Shown here in pieces: positions 12,377 to 24,960 of a stretch of DNA of 64,000 nucleotides. How positions within the stretch are numbered: the stretch's first letter is position 1; every line of letters starts with the position of its first letter. The stretch is taken from assembly GCA_951406725.2 (NCBI GenBank), contig OX597815.1:120776001-120840000 (forward strand). Reading direction: 5' to 3'. The notes beneath the pieces are model-generated. The model had not been told where the DNA came from, did no database searches, and was given only the letters and a program-made list of their open reading frames with translations. The position numbers were made by a program, and so were the translations under genes. Source of the stretch: Octopus vulgaris (taxonomy: Eukaryota).

Positions 12377-12784
12377 GAGAGAGAGAGTTCAAATTTACAG
12401 AAAACAAAAGATGAAGGCAGGTGAGGGAACAACAAGCAGGTGTATTAGTTTGACACTCAGGAAGAATGGAAAAGTCTTTGATGTTTCGAGTCACCACTTT
12501 TTGATTTAAAGTGTTGAGAGGAAAAAATGAGAGAGAAAAAAATGTGTAGGGATTAACAATTCAACATAATGAAATGACTAGAATAAATGCATATATTTGG
12601 AATGACTTTTGTTGTCTTCTTCTGAGAAAATACAATGGAGGGGAGGGAGTGGGGAATATGAAAAATAAAGGGTTGCATACACACACATGCACACTAACAC
12701 ATTCATACACACACTTACAGACATACACTTACAGGCACACATACACAATGAATATATATGTATATATAAACAGTAGATAGCTTT

Positions 12785-13240
12785 TGTTACCTAGAAAACC
12801 AAGTTAGTGGTGGTGAAAAAAGTTTCGAAAGTGTAATTACTAGAATAAGAACAGATTGGGCAAAGTTCAGAAAGCTTCTACCTTTGTTGGTAACAAATGG
12901 CCTCTCTCTCTCTCTCAGAGTGACAGGCAGATTGTATGATACCTGTGTACAAACAGCTATGTGAAACATGGTCTTTCACTACAGAGGACTTGTGAAAGTT
13001 TGAAAGAAATGAAGCTAGCATGCTCCACTGGATGGATAATGTCAGTGTATACACACAACAGATTGTAAATGGTCTAAGAGGAAAACTAGGCATAAGTGGC
13101 ATCAGACATTGTGTGCAGGAGAGAAGATTACACAGGTTTGGTCATGTGATGCATATGGATGAGGACAGCTGTGGAAAAAGTGCCAAGCTCTAATTGTGGA
13201 AGAAGTAGACCCAGGAAGACATGGGATGAAGTGGTGAAAA
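12785..13240 (+). mobile_element. RTE LINE 3' RT fragment
   Basis: YLENQVSGGEKSFESVITRIRTDWAKFRKLLPLLVTNG..GRLYDTCVQTAM..FERNEASMLHW; same family as 45368-47160. Confidence 0.8.
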
Positions 13241-13734
13241 CACCTGCATTTTACGAATGTCTTATATAAAAGCTTATAACATTCATGTGAGTGTATGCAT
13301 TGTGTGTATACTGAGTGTATATTAGAGGTATATTAAATTCTAAGCAAATGGTTACTAACTATGCCTTTTAAAAGTATAGCATCTAAGGTTACTTGTTGTA
13401 GCCCAATGTTAGGAAATTTTCTTTTCCAACAGTCTAATCTGTTGTGCATATATGGAATAATAATAATAATAATATATTTCTCATATGTGAATGCAGTAGG
13501 CTAGCACAAAAAGAGTATAAGTGTGTTTACATTCCCCATAACTTAGCGGTTCGGCAAAAGAGATTGATAGAATAAGTACTAAGCTTACAAAGAATAAGTC
13601 CTGGGGTAGATTAGCTTGACTAAAGGCAGTGCTCCAGCATGGTCACAGTTAAATGACTGAAACAAGTAAAAGACTAAAAGAATACAGACAAACAGACAGA
13701 ACCAAGCCAGAAGAAATACCACCTTAGTAAGCAA

Positions 13735-14395
13735 TTCTAGTTGGGGCAGCTATTTGAATACATCAGCTACAGTGCTAGACTGGTTTCTGTATTTTATTGA
13801 CTCCAAGAAGGGGAAAGATAAAGTTAACCTCAGTGGCATTTGAACTCGGAACTTTAAGAGATGAAAGAAATATGGCTAAGCATTTGTCTGATACACCAAT
13901 AATTTTGCCAAGTCACTGCTTTTTCTGATATAATGGTTTCAAATTTTAGCTCTAGGTAAGAAAGTGTGTGTGTGTGTGTGTGTGGGGAGGTTAAATCTAT
14001 TACATCAACCCCCAAGGTGCAACTGGTACTTATTTTTATCTCATCCCAAAGAGATTAAAGGAAAAGTCATCATTGGTGGTATTTGAACTCAGAATGTGAA
14101 AACATGAAATGCCATAAAGCATTTTGCCCAGCATGCTAACAGTTCCACTGGCTCATTTCCTTTTCTGATATAATACTTCCAAATTTTGGCACAAGGCCAG
14201 CAAGTTTGGGAGAATGGGTAAGTCAATTACATCAACCCCAGTGCTCATCTAGTATTTATCAACCCTGAAAGGATGAAAGGCAAAATCAGCCTTGGTGGAA
14301 ATTTGAACTTAGAATGTAAAGCTGGATGAAATGCAGCTTAGTGTTTGGCCCAATATGCTGACGATTCCTTCAACTCACCACCTTTTCTGATATAA
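13735..14395 (-). mobile_element. Three tandem copies of SINE family B
   Basis: Each has gaaaggatgaaaggcaaagtc-like..tttgaactcagaatg; separated by the same linker ttttctgatataat at about 13920, 14160 and 14382. Confidence 0.7.
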
Positions 14396-15190
14396 TGCAA
14401 TAGAAAAGGTGCTGCAGAAAGAAACTGATAAGAAAGGAATAGATTAAAGAACTGAATGGAATAAGGAAGTGAGAGGATTAAAGATGTAAATGGATTAGTA
14501 ATCAATAATTCATTGGTTTAATATGACATTTTTCCCATTGCTTGCCTGGTTTGAATGGGTTTGCCAAATAAAACAAGATTTATTTTAAATAATCTTGTTC
14601 TGTATCGTCCAGCCAGAGAAATATTCACTTTACAATAGTGAAAAATTAAATATGGTGATTATTAAACTGGCAACTTTGTTGTAGGCCCAAGAATTTGTTT
14701 TCGAGTGAGATAATATATCTAACAACTCCAATGACTTGCTAATACTACTTCCTAGTAGAATTATTTTTTGAAATTCAAATATTATCATTAGAATTACAAA
14801 CATCAAAAATTTGTCTTCTTAATTTTTATCCTCCTCCTTTTCGTTGTCGTCATCGTCATCATCGTTGCCGCCACCATTGCCATTGCTGTCATCATCATCT
14901 TTATTATTAGCACACTGGACAAAATGCTCAGCAGCATTTTGCTCTTCTTTATATTCTGAATTCAAATTCTGCTGTGTTTGACTTGTGTTTGAACGGTAGT
15001 TTCAATTCCTGGACTGCACATTGTGTTGTGTTCTTGAGTAAAGAAAACTTCGTTTCATATTGTTCTGCTTGGGTTGTTTAAAAGAACATTAATTATGCTA
15101 AAATATTTTGTAAAAGTATATTTTACGCAGCTAACGATGGCATAAAGATATAGTGTAAATGGTACTAGACACCAGGCTGTTTTCCTAGAT

Positions 15191-15484
15191 CAGTGATTCC
15201 CAAACATTTTCGGGCTGCTGCCCGCTTGATACTCAGGCCACATTCCTAGCACTTCCACCTAACCCCATCTAACCACCCCAACTAACCATCTCAAACATGG
15301 ACCTCTTTCTGAAGCAAATACAAAACAACTGTATTTCACAAATAAATCTTAACCTAATAAACTCATTATTTTATTGTTTTTACATGAATCACCACCACAT
15401 TATCGCCCCACTTTTCTTCAACAACCCCTTGAAACTTTCCATCATCCCCCAGGAGGGCAATACCATCCACTTTAGGAACCACTA
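15191..15484. mobile_element. hAT-type MITE with 8-bp TSD
   Basis: TIR cagtgattcccaaa / tttaggaaccacta; identical TCCTAGAT at 15183-15190 and 15485-15492. Confidence 0.85.
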
Positions 15485-15742
15485 TCCTAGATTGTCTAAC
15501 GAAGGCAAATCTTTGACATATTTAGATATTTTCTTCTCTCCATGACATACCAATAAACTTCAGTTTTTGTTTTTAAAGAATATAATGTATATATTCATTA
15601 TACAGTATTTATATATATATATATATATATATGGCCTGCTCGCTCAGCCAGCAGGGTGGCGTCATTTGAAGGCTAAAACAATGCGAAAGCATTGTGACCA
15701 GCAATGTGTAACTACATCTGATGGACTGGTCGGTCACGTGAT

Positions 15743-15790
<48 letters not shown>

Positions 15791-15797
15791 GCACGCA

Positions 15798-15828
<31 letters not shown>

Positions 15829-15847
15829 GCATACATACATACATACG

Positions 15848-15889
<42 letters not shown>

Positions 15890-15984
15890 CACAGAATGCA
15901 TTCTACAAGTTTTTATGTTTATGAATTGGTTTTTTGCAAGATTCCTGATGTGAAACAGATATCGTTATATTTCGGGATGGTAAT

Positions 15985-16201
15985 TTTTTTTTTGCCAAAT
16001 AAACACATGCACTATACATTCACTCTCCACTTGTTTATTATTGTTCTTATTTTATCTCATGTCCATTATCTGGAAATCTTCCATCACACACCTGTGACCT
16101 CTTCAGTGACTCTTCCATCTCATGTGTCTCCTGTTTTGTTTAGTATGTTTTGTCTTTCTATGGTGTGTATCTTTATTTGCACATAAATTTGTTTCTGTAT
16201 C

Positions 16202-16249
<48 letters not shown>

Positions 16250-16508
16250 TATACATATCTATGTGTTTCATATGTATGTTTTGTGCATGTGTATATGGGT
16301 GTGCTTACCATATTGTTTGATACACACCATAGAAAGACAGAACGGACTAATCAGAACAGGAAGAGACACATGCGATGGAAGAGTCGCTGAAGAGGTCACA
16401 GGTGTGTGATGAAAGATTTCCAGACAATGAACATAAGATAAAATAAGAACAATAATAAATGAGTGAAAAACGAATATATAGTGTATGTGTTTATTTGGCA
16501 AGAAAAAA
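15985..16508. repeat. About 190-bp imperfect inverted repeat around (TG)n, Penelope-like terminal structure
   Basis: 15985-16171 is the reverse complement of 16320-16508; possible hammerhead-like ctgaaga-ggtcacaggtgtgtgat-gaaa at 16387-16414; related fragment at 4420-4510. Confidence 0.65.
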
Positions 16509-16610
16509 TGTTTTAAAAAGTCATGCAAGTTTATTTTATACTATATATTTTATATTATTTTACACTTATTTTATATTTACAAAATAACACAGGCTTGTTA
16601 TATACTGTGT

Positions 16611-18313
16611 TTTTTGTTTGGCATCCTTTCTGTCTCGGGAGACAATGGAGTTGCGCATTTTTTTTTTTTTTTTTTTTTTTCTAGGTCTAGTCCGGCTGTT
16701 ATATTTTATTTCCTGTTACATTTCTTGCTGTGGCTGTGTAGTCCTATCCTGGACAAACACTCCCTCTGGCAGGTACTGCAAATGTAGCGAAGACTGTTCC
16801 TGGCTGGTTGTAGTACCATGGTCTCTTGTTTATGTCTCTTCCTTTCTTTCCATTTCTCCTCTCTCTTTCTGTCACTCCTCTGTATACCCTCTTTTACTGT
16901 ACGTCGCCATTCTCCACGGTTGCCGGCGACTGCCTCCCAACCGCTAATGTTGATGTTGCAGGCCTTCATATCCCTTTTGCAAACATCCTTGTAACGTAAG
17001 ATCGGTCTACCCACAGACCTAGTACCCCTAGCAAGCTCTCTGTAGAGTATGTCCTTGGGGATTCTGCCATCTTTCATATGGCTAACATGCCCAAGCCATC
17101 TCATACGTCTTTGTGTGAGGAGTGCAAACATGCTTGGTATTCCTGCTTGCCTGAGGACATCTTTGTTGGGGATATGATTCTGCCATTTGATGTGGAGGAT
17201 TTTTCGGAGGCAGCGCAGGTGAAAGATGTTTAGGCGACGCTCTTGGCGTGTGTATAGCGTCCAGGTCTCGCTTCCATACAGTAGAGTGCTGAGTACACAT
17301 GCCTGGTAGATCTTCATTTTTGTGGTCTTGGTCAGCTTATTGTTGTCCCAATCCCGTTTGGAGAGTTGGGCCATCGCAGCAGCTGCCTTGCCAATGCGTA
17401 TATTGAGCTCAGCGTCAAGGGATAGGTTGAAGGTGACGGTAGAGCCCAGATAGGTAAACTTCTCCACCTCTTGTAATCTGTGGTCTCCAATATGTATGTT
17501 TGGGATGTCCGATGTAGCCTGGCCCATGATGTTGGTCTTCTTAAGGCTGATAGCTAAGCCAAAGTCGTTACATGCTTGCTCAAAACAGTTAATGAGCCTT
17601 TGGAGGGCTTCTTCTGTGTGTGTTACCAGAGCGGCATCATCAGCAAATAACATCTCCTTGATCAGGACGTTTCTGATTTTGGTCTTGGCACGCAGGCGCG
17701 AGAGATTGAACAGTTTCCCGTCACTTCTACTGTGCAGAAACACTCCATCATCTGATGTCTGAAAGGCATGTGACAGCAAGAGTGAGAAGAAGATGCCAAA
17801 CAATGTAGGAGCGAGGACACACAGCCTTGCTTTACCCCGTTTTTTATTTGGAAGGCGGCTGATGTTGAACCATTGTGCTGTATGGTGCCTTGCATGTCAT
17901 CATGGAAAGACTTGATGATCCTCAGCAGCTTTGGTGGACATCCGATTTTTTGGAGCAGGAGGAAGAGGCCTGTTCTGCTTACCGAGTCAAAAGCCTTTGT
18001 TAGATCAATGAAGGCCATATATAATGGCATTTTCTGCTCTCTGGACTTCTCCTGAAGTTGGCGTATGGAGAATATCATATCGATAGTTGATCTGCTTCTT
18101 CTAAAGCCACACTGCAATTCCGGATAGATTCGAGAAGCAAGTAGTTGTAGCCTGGCCAGGATAACGCGGGCAAAGGTCTTTCCAACAGTGCTTAGAAGGG
18201 ATATACCACGGTAATTGTTACAATCACCACGGTCACCTTTGTTTTTGTAGAGCGTAATGATGTTGGCATCCCGCATATCCTGAGGGACTGTACCCTCTTC
18301 CCAGCTGTGGGAA
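16611..18313 (-). mobile_element. Young 5'-truncated RTE/BovB-like LINE (reverse transcriptase)
   Basis: ORFs 17662-18276 and 16706-17803: NYRGISLLS, QCGFR, FIDLTKAFDSV, GVKQGC, MLFADD, FTYLGS, C-terminal CSTC..H...C; single frameshift near 17818; 12-bp TSD TATATACTGTGT at 16599-16610 and 18314-18325. Confidence 0.93.
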
Positions 18314-18349
18314 TATATACTGTGTAATTTACAGAATATACAATATACA

Positions 18350-18810
18350 TTTATTGCTGTATGTGAGACATGGTGTCTGAGGAAAAGTGAAATGGCAATT
18401 TTGAGAAGGACCGAGAGAACAATGGTGAGAGCAGTGTATGATGTGAAACTATTGGATAAAAGGAAGGCTGAGGACTTGATGGGGATGCTGGGGTTGGGGG
18501 AATCAGAGGAACAGCTGGCAAGGGTGAATGGAGTTCAGTGGTAAGGACATGTGTTGAGGGGGATGAGGATCATGTTCTGAGGAGAATGCTTGAGTTTAAA
18601 GTGAATGAACCGTGAAAGCAAGGTTGACCAAAGAAAACGTGGAGGGGTCAGGTGGAGGAGGAGATTGCGAGGATTGGCTTGAGGTTGAAGGACACCCAAA
18701 ATGGGGCAAGCTTGGCGTGATGGTGTGAGAGCAGTTGCTGTAAGGGTGAGGTAAATCCGGCCACCCCTGTTAATGGGGACAAACCCAGACTTAAAATATT
18801 GGACATCAAT
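18350..18810 (+). mobile_element. Degenerate RTE-type LINE 3' fragment (different family)
   Basis: Reads LLY..ETWCLRKSEMAILRRTERTMVRAVYDVKLLDKR..QW*GHVLR, the post-RT region of RTE elements. Confidence 0.7.
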
Positions 18811-18877
18811 CGATCTCCTGTACATTTACTGAGAATACTATATATGCACATTATATGCAATATATTTTCAGAATATA

Positions 18878-19096
18878 CAGGGTTATTCAAAAAGAACTGA
18901 TTTTAACACAATATTTTAATAAGGAAAAGCAATAGAAAACTCCAGCTAAGTCACAAGTATTTACTCACTATCAACTTTTATTTCCTGTCTTACAAGTGTA
19001 CAATGTGGCCGTCACCTGCAGCTGGAATTTTCTATTGCTTTTCCTTATTAAAATATTGCATAAACAAAATTGGTTCATTCTTTTTGAATAACCCTG
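18878..19096. mobile_element. Tc1/mariner-type MITE with about 70-bp TIRs
   Basis: cagggttattcaaaaagaa..aatattttaataaggaaaagcaatagaaaactccagct versus agctggaattttctattgcttttccttattaaaatatt..ttctttttgaataaccctg. Confidence 0.8.
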
Positions 19097-19659
19097 CAGT
19101 ATATAGCTTTATTATAAATAATATATCTACTGAATGCATAATATAGTGCTTATTATATACTATATATTTATTCACCACCACCACCACCACCACCACCACC
19201 ACCACCACCACTACTACTACTTAATGTCTGGCTTCCATGTAGGCTTGACTTGGACAGTTCATTAGCTATTAACAGTTTGGAGCACTGTATCATGCCCCTG
19301 TGTCTATTTGGCAGAGTTGCTTTGACTGGTTGCTTTTCCTATGGCACAATTTCTTTGGCTGGATACCAATCACTCTACAGAGTGTACAAGGTGCAGTTTT
19401 CCATGGTCCCAGCACTAATGAAAATCACTTTGTAAACTTGCCAGGCTGAGGACCTAAAGTGAATCCTTAGCCTTGCACATCACATGGGAGAATAGAAGAG
19501 CATGAGGGATGATTCTAAGCAGGAGGATGAGGAAAAGCAAGCAAGATGAGAGAAGCAGAATATAGTTGAAATCAGCTGGTACTGGATAGAGTAACACTGT
19601 AATAAATATCATCACTATTTGGGGGTTTATGGCAGGGAACAGATAAAAGAAAAAGAAAA

Positions 19660-19952
19660 AACTATTGGTTGCCAGGAGACTAAGGGGCCCACCTACAACT
19701 ACCAGGGGGCCAACTCACAATTACAATACTATCATCTATTTATTTTTTTTGTTAAAAGTATTTTTTTCAACTGTCTACAAACACAGCAAGGCTGAAATAA
19801 TTAATGCATTCTTCCAGAAGTGAATAAAAAATTCTCCAACGTTGAGGGGATGGGCCCCTTAGATACTAATATGGGCCTCCTTATATGGATTCTAATGGCA
19901 CAGGAGCCCACTTGACATCGGGCAAGCTGGCGACCTGGCCAGTCTGCCACTG
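19660..19952. mobile_element. hAT-type MITE, copy of the 37840-38118 family missing one end
   Basis: Colinear with 37860-38118; ends cctggccagtctgccactg. Confidence 0.7.
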
Positions 19953-20698
19953 GTGACAGGGGTTATTGAGAGAAGAAGGGTCCCAAGCAATAGGTTTCAT
20001 AATGAATCAGGTTATAAAAACAGAAGCAGTTTATATTACAGTTCCTTAAGTTGAAGTAGAGACAAATGTCCATGAAATATAAGTATTTACTTCATCAAAG
20101 TACTTTTAACTCAGTGGTTTTTGATCAGAATAGTAGGGACTCCTTGAGGATGTTTGGTTCACAATTAAATACTGAATGTTAAGAAGAGATTATGGTTTTT
20201 GTTTAAATTAAGATAGATAAATCAAGTATAATCTTTTCTACTGGAAGCACAAGACCTCAACTTTTGTGAGGAAGGGATTAAGTTGATTACATCGACCCCA
20301 GTGCATGACTGGCGCTTATTTAATTGACCCCGAAAAGATGAAAGGCAAAGTCAACCTCGGCAGAATTTGAACCCAGAATGTTAAGCGTTTTGTCTGGCAT
20401 GGTAGCAATTCAGCCAGCTCACCACCTTAGTCAAATACTAATAGTTTAACACATTTCCAAAATAATGTCTATGTTGGACTGTCAGATAAAATGTACTTGT
20501 GTGGTAAGGGGATTGCTTTCACACCACATGGTTCCAGGTTCAGTCCCATTGCATGGCACTGTGGAGGGGCAAGTGTCTTCTATAATCTCATGCCAATCAA
20601 AGTCTTGTGTATGGATATTTTTAGACAGAAACTGAAAGAAGCCCATCGTATATGTGTATGTATATATATATATGTGTGTGTGTGTGTGTATATATATA

Positions 20699-20748
<50 letters not shown>

Positions 20749-21560
20749 TGTGTGCCCGTCTTAGTTTTCGTTCCCACCACTGCTTGACAGCCATCGTTGG
20801 TATGTTTACATCTTCTTAACTTATCAGTTCAGCAAAAAAAAAATTTAAATAAATAAATAAACTGATAAAATAAGTAAAAGGCTTTCTAAAATAAATAAGT
20901 ACAAGGTTTGATTTCTTTGGCTGAAATTCTTCAAGGTGATGCCACAGCATGGCTGCAGTCTATTGACTGAAACAAAAGATAAAAGATCTATTTTACTCCT
21001 TATTTTCCGTCAACAATTTTAACAAATCAGTCAAAGAATTGGCTAAAGGAACGTTGGCAAGAAATGAAAAATGAAAGAAAATATAATACTGATTTCTACT
21101 TTTGGCAAAAGGAAAGCAATTTTGTAGGAGAGGGTAAGTCGATTACATCAACCCCTAATGTTCATCGATTCTGAAAGGATGAAAAGCAAAGTCAACCTCG
21201 TTGGAATCTGAACTCAGAACATTAAGCAGGATGAATGCCACTAAGCATTTTGGACGGTGTGTTAATAATTCTGCCAACTTGCTGCCCCCAAGACGTGTTT
21301 AATATTGGCCCATTTGTTAAACTTTTGAAACAAATGTTTAAAAGGAAAAAAAAAAAAACAATAAAGATTATCTGACAAACCAGTATCATTAATACAACGT
21401 TGTGCCATCAGTAAACAGTAACGTAACTGATGACATGAGAAGATCCAAAATCATTTTCTTTTTGTAAATCCTTGCTTTCTTCAATAATTTTTATAAAGAT
21501 TTAACAAAAGGAGTTGTAGCTTGTGAAAATATCAAAAAAAAAAAAAAAAAAGACGAACAC

Positions 21561-21736
21561 AGACGCAGGAGTGGCTGTGTGGTAAGTAGCGTGCTTACCA
21601 ACCACATGGTTCTGGGTTCAGTCCCACTGCGTGGCATCTTGGGCAAGTGTCTTCTACTATAGCATCGGACTGACCAAAGTCTTGTGAGGGGATTTGGTAG
21701 ACGGAAACTGAAAGAAGCCCGTCGTATATATGCATA

Positions 21737-21813
<77 letters not shown>

Positions 21814-22035
21814 GTGTATGTGTTTGTGTGTCTGTGTTTGTACCCCCGCCCCTACCATCGCTTGACAACCGATGTTGGTGTATTTACGTCTCCGTAACCT
21901 AGCGGTTCGGCACAAGAGACCGATAGAATAAGTACTAGGCTTGCAAAGAATACGTCCTTGGGTCGATTTGTTCGACTAAAGGTGGTGCTCCAGCATGACC
22001 GCAGTCAAATGACTGAAACAAGTAAAGAGAATAAA
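21561..22035 (+). mobile_element. SINE family A, well-preserved full-length copy
   Basis: CpG-retaining copy with A/B boxes, internal (TA)n and CR1-like tail. Confidence 0.9.
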
Positions 22036-23117
22036 AAAAAAGAATACTTCCCAGCACTTTGAAATTCTATAACTTCATGACTCTGAAGGTTTAAATAAAA
22101 AATTTCCGTGATTCGTGAAGAATTCTCTGAGAATAGTTGGGGATATTTTGAAACTTTTTGGTATTTTCTGTATTGTTCCAAATACTTTTCCTTCGAGTGT
22201 TTTGAGGTTTATGCAATCTATTAAAAACCCTGTCTCATTTTTCCGTTTTTTTTTTTTTTCGTTTTCATTTTCTCAGTTGTTACTTTTTCATTTTATCCTA
22301 TCTGGTACATAAGTGCTTTTGACTTCTATTAACTTCTCTTAATCCCTCGTAACTTAGCTTGGAGTCCCCTGTTTTTATTCTGATACACTATTTCATTCTC
22401 CTCTTTCACCTTCTCAACCTCTCCTTCGAACGGCGTTACCCTTTTGCCTTTCTATACTAAACTAATATTAAATATACGTGAGAAATAACTGAATAAAAAT
22501 TACCTTTCCTTTATTAGAATTATGATTATGCTTTTTGTATGGGAAGGACACGTCTGTAGGGGACGCGAAGCAACAACAATCTGAGATCAATTTCAATAAC
22601 TCAAACGTTAGCAGTTCACTAACAAATTTGTATTACGATTAAAGGGAAATAACTCAAGTTTGTAAACAAGAGTTACGTCCCTTTACACAAACCAATGAAC
22701 GTGAATTTCAGCTTTATTTATATATCTATTTATTTTATTTGTTTATTTTCAAAATAAATTGCTTCTTAGATATCTGAAACATTTTCTAAATTGCCGAAAT
22801 GCAAGAAATTAAAGACGAAATATGTTACAAACTACAGAATTTTCTCAAGAAAGCCAAGAGAAAATAATGTTTTATAAACACATTCTACCAGTATACGAAG
22901 TTTAAAATTTTTTAGTTACCTAGAAATTATGTTAAAAACTGCCGTTCAAACCGAAAAGATCCGCAATTAGTTCATTACTTGTTTTCCGAGCAGAACAACA
23001 GTAACATAAAAAAAAAAATTAACATAACTGTTTAGAGAGACCAAGTTACGAGATGTTAATTACGCTAACCTGTTACGTTTACATTTTATCAAAATCAATT
23101 TTCAGAATAAGACTAAT

Positions 23118-23640
23118 AATAATAATAGCATTGAGTTTATTGTATACAGCGTTCAGGTGCACTACAATTCATATGAAACGGTGGGAAATGGGGACAGGCA
23201 GCAGGAATAAGTCAAAGAAATTAAGGCAGCTATGATAGCCAAAAGTACATACACAATACACAGAATAAGACATAAACGGACAGAAAAGCAAACAATAGAA
23301 GAGTTATGAAGAGGAAGGGGTGCATAGGCATGTCAGGAGTTTTGGGGACAAATTTCAGGAAGCAAGGAATCTTGGAAAAATGCAGTGTTCTGACAGTTAA
23401 CAATTAATTTATTCCATGTTGCAATACATCTAAACATGAAAGAATATTTCCAAAAGTCCTGTAGTACCACAATTTTTCCTTTTCAGTTTTAACTTATTTT
23501 ATTCTATTAAGCACACCAAGAACTTTATTAAAATAATAATAATAATAATGAAATTATTGTATACAGTGCTCAGGTGCACCACAACTTGTCAGAAAGTGCA
23601 TATAAAGTACATGCAGTAGTGTAGAAATGTCTGGGTGTAT
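23118..23640 (-). mobile_element. Two CR1-like LINE 3' ends with (TTA)n tails
   Basis: Tail gtggtgcacctgagcactgtatacaataatttcattattatt (also + strand at 56293-56338); minus-strand remnant DFWKYSFMFRCIATWNKL resembles the CR1 FF..RV...WN.L motif. Confidence 0.6.
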
Positions 23641-23829
23641 TATTCCACAGTAGGACGTACAATATAATTTTGGTAAAAATAATAACGAAATACTTTACAT
23701 CATAAGAATTTAGCCATGAAATATCTAAATGAGGTACATGAAATAATTAGTTTTTAATAGAGGAACTTGAATTTGATAGAACTATAAATAATAGCATGTA
23801 AATACTGGGATTCTTAACCCAATATTTAA

Positions 23830-24048
23830 TCCTTTGGTATTCAGGATTTTCTGTCAGATGTAAGACTTATTCATTCACATTGTTTTAGATTAATTATGCA
23901 TTATCTTGTAGCCTTCAGATTTTGATGATGTGATTGTTTATTTTCAGAATGACATTGTAGGGTAGGTGTGAGAAGCAAATTTGGCTGGTTTGAGCATAAA
24001 ACAAGGAGAATATCTGGGCCAGATATGGCCAGGTTAAATGCTAAAGGA
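23830..24048. mobile_element. piggyBac-like MITE flanked by TTAA
   Basis: TTAA at 23826-23829 and 24049-24052; colinear with 3670-3885. Confidence 0.65.
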
Positions 24049-24589
24049 TTAAATGCCATTATTTACAGCTTTATCTTCTTACAATTCCACCTTTAAAAAT
24101 GAATAAGTAACTTATTAGAAAATTGTTTTTTTCTTCTTCATATATATTATTACCTTTGGAAGGGATGTAAAAATTTCTTAGGGGCTTAGAGTACAGAAAA
24201 GTTTGGGAATCACTGAGTAAGACTGTTGTACATTAAAATGATTCTTAAGTTATTAACTGTTGCTGGAAAAAAATCTAAGAATGGAATGATAGAAAAATAA
24301 AAGAAATTAAGAAAATAAAATAATAATTATAAAATAATAAAATAGTTAATTTTGTAATATATCAATAATATTTTAGTACTCGTAAAATATTTATTTTAAT
24401 GATATATCAATAATAATCAAACCCATACAATATTAATTTTAGTAATATATTGGACTCTGTTGCCACTTTGATGAATGAGAATGCAGCATGACACAGCTGT
24501 ACACTATTCTTAGTTCAATACATCAATAATATTACAATACCATAAAATATTCATTCTAGTAATATATCAATAATATTACAGTAGGCATA

Positions 24590-24960
24590 GGACAGTAAGA
24601 TGACAGAATCGTTAGCTTGCCAGAGAAAATGTTTAGTGGTATTTCATCTGTCGCTGCGTTCTGAGTTCAAATTCCGCCGAGGTCGACTTTGCCTTTCATC
24701 CTTTCGAGGTCGATAAATTAAGTACCAGTTACGCACTGGGGTCGTTGTAATCGACTTAATATCTATGTCTTTCCTTGTTTGTCCCCTCTATGTTTAGACC
24801 CTTGTGGGCAGTAAAGAAATAGGTATTTCATCTGTCTCTACATTCTGAGTTCTATTTTGGCCATGATTGATTTTTGCATTTCATCCTTTTGGAGTTGCAG
24901 TTAAACACTGAGGTAATCAACTTACCCCAACCCCTAAAATTGCTGAGCTTTATGCCCGGT
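24590..24960 (+). mobile_element. SINE family B copy followed by a partial tandem duplicate
   Basis: gacagaatcgttagc..ctgagttcaaattccgccgaggtcgactttgcctttcatcctttcgaggtcgataaattaagtacc; other copies at 47243-47450, 59098-59320 (+) and 20245-20430, 21100-21290, 58790-59000 (-). Confidence 0.8.

Noticed and set aside
22400-23070. Locally CpG-richer stretch resembling a promoter
   Set aside because: Appears to include repeat-derived motifs (agggaaataact also occurs in the Helitron); no associated first exon can be supported.
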